64,000 nt of DNA from assembly GCA_951406725.2 (NCBI GenBank), contig OX597831.1, forward strand, positions 36,704,001-36,768,000, in the 5' to 3' direction. Below the pieces are notes generated by a model. It had not been told where the DNA came from. It ran no database searches and worked only from the letters and a program-made list of their open reading frames with translations. The stretch is from Octopus vulgaris. Taxonomy: Eukaryota. Below are positions 53,950 to 64,000 of the stretch, piece by piece. How positions within the stretch are numbered: the first letter of the stretch is position 1; the number at the start of each line of letters is the position of its first letter. The position numbers and the translations under genes were made by a program.

Positions 53950-56420
53950 TTTATGAACACTAGAGTTCTCTTTCCCTCTTACTGTTGATTAATTTATGTT
54001 TTGATGTAAGAATCTAGTAAATTTTAGCAATGAAAAGTTCACATCTTTTGTTCCCAATGCTATAAGATGTTGTTCGGCTAATTATTTCCCACTTAAGAGT
54101 ATCGTCCTTATTTTTATCTTTAATCACCTAAATTAGTTTACTTAGACTGCTGTTATCCTCTTTTTTCCTCTCCCTACAGGTATTTTCATGATTAGCTACC
54201 CTTTTTATATTATTTTCCATAGAACCTATATAGTAATAATTCTGCTCCTCAGATATTACCTTACTTCTATGTATTTCACCTTTTTCCTTTTTCCCTACAA
54301 AAAGGATTTTGATGGACATCGTTTTCCTTCGGTACAATCGCAATTTTTATTTTTAGGAGCATTCCGTTTCCTTACTAATAATGTTGTGCTTGCATTCTTT
54401 GTCTTCTGGGATATCCACATTATATTTATTTTCTATGTTAAGAGTCTTTACTGTTACTCTATCTACTTTGTCACTGTTTTTGTTACCCATCTTAATACTT
54501 TTTATTATTTTCTTTTTTATGTTCGTTGCTGCTATTATAAATACTAGTATTTATATTTATATTATTAATATTTGTATTTATATTATCATTTTTATTGTTA
54601 GTATTACACTTATTGCTTCTTCCTTTTACAGATTGTATGTTTATATGTTTAGCTTCTTGTGGGGAGTCCTTAAGAGTTACCTTCCTTCATTCGTTTGTCA
54701 TGTACCTCATATTGTCATTGAATTTGTGGCCATTTTTGTTATTAAATATTTCGCTCTTATTTTCTTTACTCCTATTATAGTAGAAATCATTTAATCTTTT
54801 ATTATTTTGTACAACAATAATTTGTGCTATGCTTTTTGTTATGCATTTCCAGCCCTTAATCTGTGCAAGTATATTATTTTATGGTATTTATTTTTCTCTG
54901 AAAAATGCTTAGAGTTTGCTCTGTAGAATAATTTCACTATATTAGTTCTAACTTTTTTGCAAAAGGTACTATGAACCATATTATATTAATTTTAGAATGA
55001 TTGTTATGGAAGTTAACTTCATTTATGCATGGGGTGTAATATTTTACAGAATTGATAGGAATATTGCCATTTAGCTTTTCAATCCCTTCCTTTTGTTGTT
55101 TATTGTCCTATTTTGATTTGTGTTTATAAAGTCATAATTACTATTATAGTGTTTTGTCTTTGGCTTGATTTCCCTCTTTTTCCCTTTGATTTTTTATCGG
55201 TTCCTTACTGTTTCCATCTTTGTTGTACGAGTTTGATTTATTTTCATTAGCTATGTTTTTTGATGTTTTTACTTGTATTATTCTTATCTGATTTCTATTC
55301 TATTCTATCTATATTCTTTTTTATCTTTATATTTATTTATTTCTATGTTAATATCACTTTTCCGAATCTTGTTTGGTGTATTGTTCCTATTTCTTGATTT
55401 TACGCTTGATCTAAAGAATTTAAACTTTTGTTTGTGGCCAGCTTTACTTAGTGTGATGTTAAAATAATCTTCATTCTGTTTAAAGCGTTCCTCATTTGCC
55501 GATAGATTTTAAATTCTCGCTTATATCTTTTCAACTAATTTATGTGTAATATTTCTTGGATTGTTACTGTTTAACGTTCATGTACCTTAGACTAGTGTTT
55601 GCTTTATGGCATGGTTCATATCTAATTGTTTCTAGATCTAGATTAATGTCTAAGAACTTAACAGATTTATGTTCCTTTTTGATAGCAGCAGATATCCCTA
55701 TATTCTTGAAAAATTTATAAAATCTCTTTTTATATATTTCTAATGTCTTATTGGAGGTGTTATTCAGGGTCAAAAGTGTGTCATCCCTGTATAGTCCTGC
55801 TCCAAAATTCCAGAAATTCCTTACCTAAGTTAAATAATATATATATCCCCACCAAATCTGTAATCTGGGTTGAGTCAGCAGATCCCATTGTTATGTTGAA
55901 GCTATCATTAGTGTCTTTCTTTACCCATTATTTGTTATCGAATTTTATAATAGATTTCCTAGCTGCTAATATTATATTTATTTTGTTCATATTAAGATTT
56001 GAATTCTTTTTGACAAACAAGATGGCCTTATTGAGTTGTATAGAGTTAATAGATGAATAGTAGTTATCAAGATCTATTTGTATGAATTTTAAAAACTATT
56101 TTGTTGTCTAATTTATAAAACCAATTTAATACTTCCTGTGAGTTAGATCATAGTTTTAATTTTAATAGGTTTCTAGGTGCTGGTATACACTTATCAATTA
56201 CCACTGCTTATTTTTCCTAGGTTGGACTTAACTAGGAATATTAATCTAATGCTAGGGTTACTGCTAAAATTAGGTTTATGGTCTTTTAAGTTTATTCTAG
56301 GTCTTCTAGGTTTGAATGATTCTGTTTTGTCTTCTATCTTATAATTAATCACTGTTTCCTTTGCATTTTTATTAAGCATTTTTAATGTTATACTATTTCT
56401 TAGCTTATTATTTTTAGTTA
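53950..56420 (-). mobile_element. Decayed Penelope-like retroelement (RT plus C-terminal GIY-YIG)
   Basis: INLKDHKPNFSSNPSIRLI...KSNLGKIS; IDLDNYYSSI; FNITMGSADSTQITDLVGIYIL; VKFLDINLDL; YYIGSME; SSLSKLI; KWEII...RCEL. Confidence 0.85.
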
Positions 56421-56634
56421 TTTCATTTCTAAATAAACATACACACACACACATACACATACATACATACATACATACATACATACATACATACATACAT
56501 ACATACATACATACACACACATATATATATATATATATGTCTGTAAGTATGTACATACATACATACACACATATCTCTCTCTATATATATATATATGTAT
56601 GTATGTATATATAGACATACATACATACATACAT

Positions 56635-56674
<40 letters not shown>

Positions 56675-56737
56675 ATATATATATATATGTACGTTTCAAG
56701 TTCATTTATGGGAAATATATTTGTGTATGCTCATCAT

Positions 56738-56956
56738 TTTATCTTTTACTTGTTTCAGTTCTTTAGACTGCGGCCATGCTGGAGCATCACCTTGAATTTT
56801 TAGTCATATGAATCGACCCCAGTACTTATTTTGTATGCCTCATACTTATTCTATTGGTCTCCTTTGCCAAACTGCTACATTATGGGGACGTAAACACACC
56901 AACATCAGGTGCCAAGTGGTGATAGGGGAACAAACACAGACACAGACACACTCACA

Positions 56957-57049
<93 letters not shown>

Positions 57050-57213
57050 GTATACAATTGGTTTCTTCCAGTTTCTTTGTACCAAATTCACTCACAAGGC
57101 TTTGATTGGCCCAAAGTTATAATTGAAGACATTTTTCAAAGGTGCCAGACAGTGGGACTGAACTCAGAATCACGTGGTTGAGAAGCAAGCTTCTTACCAC
57201 ACAGCCACTCCTG
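56738..57213 (-). mobile_element. Full-length SINE A
   Basis: Match to the SINE A copy at 44640-45062. Confidence 0.88.
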
Positions 57214-57679
57214 CATTTATAAAATCTCTTATTCTATTATATCAGTTACAGCATGCTGATTCCCTCAGTAATTGGCCAGTAAATTATTTTATTGGTTCCA
57301 GTATGATGAAAATAAAACTTGACCCTATTAGGATTTGATCTCAGAAATATAATTACCCAGAATAAGTACTGCAAAGCATTTCGTATGATGCAGTGATAAT
57401 CCTGCCAGTTCTGTTCTTTTTGGAGATCCATAATCAATGGAATTCTAACAGCTAAGAATGCTTTTTGATATTTTTAGATGCAGGGTATCTTAGACAATGT
57501 AACCTCCCTTTTTGATGGTGAAAAGGTTTGATATGAACGAGAGCTGGTTGCTATTAGGTTGTTGTCTGGCCACATAAAGAGTCTGTCACTGGTTCTTCTG
57601 AAACTAAGTTTTTAATGAAGTAGGAAATATGAAATTACGAGTGCGTGGAAGTACTTGGTGACCCACTCAGGGCAGGTAC

Positions 57680-57939
57680 CACTTAAAAGCACCCAGTCCA
57701 TACTGTAAAGGTGTTGGTGTTCAGAAAGGCACCCAGCTGCAGAAACCTTGCCAAAACTGATCTCGCCTGTGCTTGTGCCACATAAAAAGCACTAAGTCCA
57801 CCCTGCTGAGTGGTTGTTAGGAAGAGTATCCAGCTGTAAAAATCTTGCCAAAACAGTCACAGAAGTCCGGTGCAGGCCTTATCCTGACTGGCTCTTGTGG
57901 TGCCATCCCACCAATGCTAGTATGGAACACAGACGTTAA

Positions 57940-57970
<31 letters not shown>
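57680..57970 (+). mobile_element. RTE LINE 3' UTR and tail ending in (GAT)n
   Basis: ggaagagtatccagctgtaaa, cagacgttaaatgatgat. Confidence 0.7.
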
Positions 57971-57971
<1 letters not shown>

Positions 57972-57972
57972 A

Positions 57973-59144
57973 CCAGACTTTGCAAAAGTCCTGCTACACT
58001 CGGTTTTATGTCCTTTTAGAGGTTTACATGTGTGATGGAAAAGTGCTGTCAATCTTACTTAATGTTCTGCTTTTCCAGCACGTGTCATTAAAGCATCTTT
58101 TCCATTGTGTGCAGGTGCATTGAGATGAAGGTGAAAAGAATTGAGATCTCTTCTCTCCTGCATGTGAGCCACAACAAATCTGACATCGCTAAGCAGCTCA
58201 ATGTCAGCTAGATGACTGCCCACAGAGGCATGGAGAGGCTCAAGAATGGCAAAGATCTCAAAGATTGCACAGACCTCAAGTTATTAACCGTTTAGCTGTG
58301 CGAAAGGCCTTCAAAAGTGATCTGAAGCTCAAAATGACTGCACTCACAAAGAAAACAAAATCTCAGTGGCCACGGTGTCCAAGGCCATCACGGAGATGTG
58401 TCATTGTCTTCATAATGTCTTGAAGTGTCATGACTATCAAATTCTAATTTTTTATGGTGAAAAATCCTTCACAGTTGACTTGGTCATCAACAAGCAGAAC
58501 AACCATATGGCTAGCTTCAACCAGGACATCTAGGTCTGGTACATATCCACGATCAAATACTCTGCCTCTGTGATGATGCATGGCATCGTGGCTTCGAATG
58601 GCAAGAAGATACCGCTAGTGTGGTTTGCAGCTGGTTACAGGCTCACCACAGCTGACTACAGGACATCTTGGCCATGAAAGTCCTGCCCTGTGCCAGAAAG
58701 ATCATGAAGAAGGCAGACTACATCTTTCAGTAGGATGGTGCCCTAGCCCACACAGACAAGAGTGGTTGGGGTCAGACGTGAACTTCTAGTTGAAGGACTT
58801 TTGGCTGCCACAGTCACACAACTTCAACCTCCTCAACTACAGTATGTGGGTGTATGTTGAGAGCAAAGCCTGCAAGGTTTGCCACAGCAACATCGGCAAG
58901 CTGAAGTCTTCTATCAACTGTGGACCAACATGAGGACGGACATAGTCTGCAATGTGTGCGTGACCTTCAGCTCTTGCCTGGAGAATGTGCTCCCTGCCGA
59001 GGGCAGCTACATTGATCAATATTGATATTTAATCACAATTTATATGCTAAAACAATGAAATTGTGTCTAACTGCGTCAAAATTATTAGCATGTCCTTTAC
59101 TGCGAGCATTGTAACAACTGCAACAGGCCTTTTGCAAAGCCCAG
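57973..59144 (+). mobile_element. Decayed Tc1/mariner-superfamily element, DD37D/maT-like
   Basis: TA-ccagactttgcaaaagtcctg / caggccttttgcaaagcccag-TA; SDIAKQLNVS, ASVMMHGIVASNGK, FQ*DGALAHT, FWLPQSHNFNLLNYSMW. Confidence 0.82.
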
Positions 59145-60965
59145 TAAGGCCACAGCGTACCTGAAATAATGTGTCCTTCCATTTTTAAGAAGGTAAACAG
59201 TTAATTTCAGAGGAGTTAATTTCTAGCAGCCAGGTATCATACCCTGTCACTAGCTATTTCTTGTAGATCGCTCAATCAACTGATATCTCTCTCATTGGCT
59301 GAAAACCAAAATGATATTTGACCCATGTAAAATGTGGCACTTGTATATTCATACGGGTATGAGTGTGAGCATGTGTTTGTGTGCACATTTAAACACATGA
59401 CTGTGTGGTTACGAACACATGGGGTTTCAGGTTCGATCCCATGTTCAGCACATTAAGGAAGTGTCTCCTATTATTGCCCTGGACTGACCAATGCCTCGGG
59501 AGTGAATTTGGCGGATGACAAGTGTGCAAACCCATCATGTGTGTGTATGCATGTGTGTATGTATGTGTGTGTATGCATGTATGTGTGTGTCTTTATGTCT
59601 ATATTTGCCCCCTCACATTCCTTGACAATTGGAGTTAGTTTGTTTACATCCCCAAAACTTACCAAAACTTACCAGTTTGATATCAAAGAGTATGCACTAG
59701 ACTTAAAAATAACAACAACAAAAATAAGTATTGTGTTTGATTTATTTGACTAAACCTTTCTTTGGTAATGCCCCAGCATGGGCACAGCGAAATAAGTGTA
59801 ACAACTGAAAGGATAAAAGCCAAGAGATAAAAGACAAATGATTAAAGATATCTGTGTGCACGCATGTACCTGTGTGAGATGTGCAAGTGACACAAAGTTA
59901 TCTTCACGTCTCTGTATTTACTAATAAATTGCCCTTATTGATCTTATCACTTTACTTTGAGTGAACATTTTTCAAGCTAAAAGTAACCCTATACTTCAAA
60001 ACATTTGAAAATATTCTGAACTGAAATAAAAGTGAAAGTGTGGAAGTGAATTATTTGATATTTCCATGTACTGACATGAACTACTCTTTTATTGACAGGT
60101 GGAATACAATTTAATCTCGCAGAGATCTATCTTTGAAACATCATCTATACAAACGCACATACTCACACATACACACGTTACATTTCGTTTTATTTCATCA
60201 AAAGAGTGTTTCAGTCATGTAAGGGTTAACACTGGTGAATTAAACATGCAGCTAGTCGATCCTCTCTTTAGAGTTTTTCTTTTATAATTTCATATAAAAG
60301 TCAGGCATGGAGAGTTGAGTGTGATCTGCTATCAGTTTCTAACATAGGTAGAAGGCCATAATTTTTTTTTCCGTGTAGAAAGTCTAGCATAGACGTTTGT
60401 ATTGACTCTTGTAGAGATTGCCACTTTATATTTTATTGACTCGTAGAAGGGTGGAAAGCAAAGTTAACTACATCATGATTTGAACTTAGAGCATAAAGGG
60501 TCGTAAATGATAGAGAAATATGTGTTGTTTGATGCCCTAACAATTCTACCAAATCACAGGATATTTAAAAAATGGTAAATCTTATCTTTAAATAATGAGG
60601 TGAGTATCAATACTTATAATGTGGAGCACATGATGACTAAATCTATATTGAGGAAAGGTAAACCTTGCTGAGCAATGTTTAAAGCAACCAAATATAATTA
60701 AGGTATACAGCTGCAGATAAAAAGATTGAAAAAAAAGGAAAGAAATTATTGAAATGGGTTCAAGCATCAGAGGCTTAAGTAATTAAAATTAATTAATTAA
60801 TCAATGCACTGAGGCAAGAAAAATTGTGATCTTTAGCAGGCTGGAATGACAACTCCAGACATGTTTCAATCTTATTTTACCTCATCAGAAAAGTAATATC
60901 ATTTACATGCCTGTCTGCCAAGTGGAAGTTCTGTGAGTGTGTGTGTGAATACATATAAACAAATA

Positions 60966-61196
60966 TGGCGGCGAGCTGGCAGAAACGTTAGCACGCAGGA
61001 CGAAATGTGTAGCCGTATTTTGTCTTTCGTTACGTTCCGAGTTCAAATTCCACCGAGGTCGTCTTTGCCTTTCATCCTTTCGGGGTCGATAAATTAAGTA
61101 CCAGTTACGCACTGGGGTTGATGTAATCGACTTAATCCCTTTGTCTGTCCTTGTTTGTCCCCTCTGTGTTTAGCCCCTTGTGGGTAGTAAAGAAAT
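60966..61196 (+). mobile_element. Well-preserved SINE B (another at 61860-62090)
   Basis: ggcggcgagctggcagaaacgttagc...gcctttcatcctttcggggtcgataaattaagtaccag. Confidence 0.9.
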
Positions 61197-61531
61197 ACAT
61201 ATAAACAACAAGTAGCTATTTAACTCGCTATGTGAATGTGTGCACACCAAACCATATGTGTGTGTATGCTTGCATTTTTGTGGATCTTGTATGAGCAAGT
61301 GTACACATGCCATGGAGCTTGCATGTTGGTGTTTATACATCCATATCTGTTAATGGTTATTTTTAATTCTTTTCTTGCTGTATTGCATGTTCTTTTCTGC
61401 ATTGCATCTGTGATTTTATTCCTGGTCTTCTGTATAAATGAAGATATTTCCTTTGTTTTACTGCTTTTAATTTCTACGAAATAAGAAGATACATTGCAGA
61501 ACTGTTATTTTAATAAGTTGTGTCTATTTAT

Positions 61532-61633
61532 CACTTGATGAGACACATCTGCACCACAGGATGCTCCTGAAACAGTTGTTAAGTGTCCCACCTGTGAGGG
61601 ATCTATGCTAGATGTGTCGAAACAATTGTCATG
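61532..61633 (+). ncRNA. Two tandem decayed hammerhead motifs
   Basis: cac-TTGATGA...GAAAC-AGTT-GTT-aagtg, then cac-CTG-TGA...GAAAC-AATT-GTC; followed by AATAAA. Confidence 0.5.
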
Positions 61634-61744
61634 ATTAATAATAAATTCTCGTATATTCCATCTTCCGTCTTTCATTCTCCATATACTGTAAAAGTGACCG
61701 TGCTTTACCAGTAAGCTACCAGGTGTAAACCATTAATCCTATCA

Positions 61745-61858
<114 letters not shown>

Positions 61859-62299
61859 AGGGCGGCAAACTGGCAGAATTATTAGCATGCTGGGCGATAT
61901 GCTTAGCAGTATTTCATCTGCCATTACATTCTGAGTTCAAATTCCACCATGGTCACTTTGCCTTTCATTCTTTCAGGGTCAATTAAACAAGTACCAATTA
62001 TGCACTGAGGTCGATGTAATTGACTTAATCCCTTTGTCTGTCCTTGTTTGTTCCCTCTATGTTTAGCCCCTTGTGGACAATAAAGAAATATATATATTTT
62101 TAGTTTCAGCTCAGAGCTGTGGCGAAACTGGGGCAGCACCGTTTTGTTATACTGCTATTATTGAGATACTCCTCTGATATGTGGCATTTGGTGAATAAGG
62201 GAGTTTGATGTTGTTACCCTCATTTGCACCTCTTGCCGTGAGGTAGGTTCATCTGGGACTCTCGACAGGAAGAGGTCCAGTTTTGATTTGAAAACGCCT

Positions 62300-62508
62300 A
62301 CTCTTTTACTCTTTTACTTGTTTCAGTCATTTGACTGCGATCATGCTGGGGCACCACCCTTAGCCATGCAAATCAACTGCAGATTTTATTCTGTGTAAGC
62401 CTAGAACTTATTCTATCGGTCTCTTTTGCTGAACCTCTAAGTTACAGGGACGTAAACACACCAGCATCGGTTGTCAAGCAATGTTGAGGGACAAACACAG
62501 ACAAACAA

Positions 62509-62539
<31 letters not shown>

Positions 62540-63670
62540 AAAGCACACACACACACAAAAGCACACACACACACACATATATATAAAACTCAACTTGCGT
62601 GTCTGTGTGTGTATCTATGTGTTTAACTTCCCAGCACATCTCCTCCTAGCCAACAAAGCGTAGAACAACCAAAAACGGGTCACTTAAAGTTTAGGCGAAT
62701 GAAAATTGAACTGCGCTATTTCTGTTCTGAAATTCATCTCGCAAGTGCAAAAATCGATAATGTGCTTGTTTAGGCCTTATCCCATGCATTGAATAGTGAA
62801 CTTTACTCAGTCAGCTGTTTGACGTGAACTGTGTTCACCATGCGTGCAAGCATGCATAAATTGCATGAAAAATAAAAAAATCAAGATATAAAAACGAATC
62901 GCCGTAAACATTGTAGAAATTTGGCAAAGAAATGAATTTTCGAGATGTAGCCTGGAGGGTTTTTTTGTATTAATCGTTTGGACTTTGTGAACACATACCA
63001 ATTATTTTCATAACATTTTTAACGCTTTGAATTAAATGTGACCATTTTGTGTTGAGTCTGCAGTTTGAATCACTTTCACCAAATTTTAGCAGGCCGGATT
63101 TTTGATCATCACGATACATCGCCAGCGATTCCATGAAACTCTCCCCTGAAATCCCCGTTGAGAAATCTATATATATAAAACTCAACTTGTGTGTCTGTGT
63201 GTGTATCTGTGTGTGTGTCTGTGTGTTTAACTTTTGGATCTACCAAGTTTCATTATTAAGGATGGAAAGTAGTGTGTAGCAAATCTATATATATAAAGCT
63301 GAAGTTGTCTGTGTGTGGCAGGTTTGGTAGCCTTCAACTAACACTATCTCTTTCGAGACCTGTAGCACAAGTTGATCAAAATTGAGAGTGTGATAGAAGA
63401 AGGCTTGATCTTAATTCTGTAGAAGATAAAATTCAAATCGGACCATGTTAACACCAAAAATTATTTACATCAAAAGGGTGCTTTTTTTCTTTAAAAATCC
63501 CGATTTTTTACGATTTTTGACTGCTGTGTCACCATTTCTCGGTGTATATCAACTGGAAAAATGTTCACTTGAAGAGAATAACAAGTTGCATAATGCAAAA
63601 TTTTTACTTTTCAAAAATTCCAATTCTAAAGGGTCGAAACAAACCCAAGCATCACCGGGTGATACTGTTA

Positions 63671-63704
<34 letters not shown>

Positions 63705-63863
63705 GATGGGCTTCTTCCAGTTTCCGTCTACCAAATCCACTCACAAGGCTTTGGTCAGCTTGGGGCCATAGTAGAAGTCACTTGCCCAAGGTGCCACACA
63801 GTGGGACTGAACTCAGGACCATGTGGTTGATAAGCAAGCTACTTACAATACAGCCATTCCTGC
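62300..63863 (-). mobile_element. SINE A split at its internal microsatellite by a composite Helitron
   Basis: 3' half at 62300-62575; 5' half at 63672-63863. Confidence 0.85.
62576..63671 (+). mobile_element. Composite non-autonomous Helitron (three 5' ends, one 3' end)
   Basis: tatatataaaactcaacttg at ~62578 and ~63168, TCtatatatataaagctg at 63284; 3' cccaagcatcaccggg hairpin and TTAG. Confidence 0.72.
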
Positions 63864-63869
63864 ACCTAC

Positions 63870-64000
63870 GTTCATTTTCTGTAGGTCCCTCAGGCTCTTT
63901 GGGAGAATATTAAAAAGCCGTGGACCCCTAAAACCCAGGCTGTTGCAGTAACTGTTCCTGAACTGCGATGGCATTGTTGGGATCTTTGGCACTGTGCAGT
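63870..64000 (-). mobile_element. CR1/L2-group LINE ORF2 C-terminal fragment
   Basis: CTVPKIPTMPSQFRNSYCNSLGFRGPRLFNILPKSLRDL. Confidence 0.7.

Overview
AT-rich, microsatellite-saturated eukaryotic non-coding DNA. The repeat landscape is what I would expect of an octopus/cephalopod genome (inference). No intact host protein-coding gene is evident, and almost all listed ORFs are microsatellite or SINE artefacts. Transposon content: two abundant tRNA-derived SINE families; 3' ends of RTE, R4/Dong-like and CR1-like LINEs; decayed DNA transposons (pogo/Tc2, Tc1, mariner, DD37D/maT-like, piggyBac, MITEs); non-autonomous Helitrons; and two Penelope-like (PLE) RT/GIY-YIG remnants. RNA-gene copies: a full-length 7SL/SRP copy joined to an RTE 3' tail, an intron-containing tRNA-Lys(UUU) copy, and a 5S fragment. 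The most notable pattern is a set of minimal type-I hammerhead ribozyme (HHR) motifs in several short repeat families. These include a ~330-bp element with a tRNA-like head, a (TAA)n linker and an HHR, which occurs in inverted pairs and once with a 10-bp target-site duplication, and a family with a swapped G3-C8 core. One of two local duplications looks like an assembly mosaic. All structures were read by eye; no searches or folding were run.
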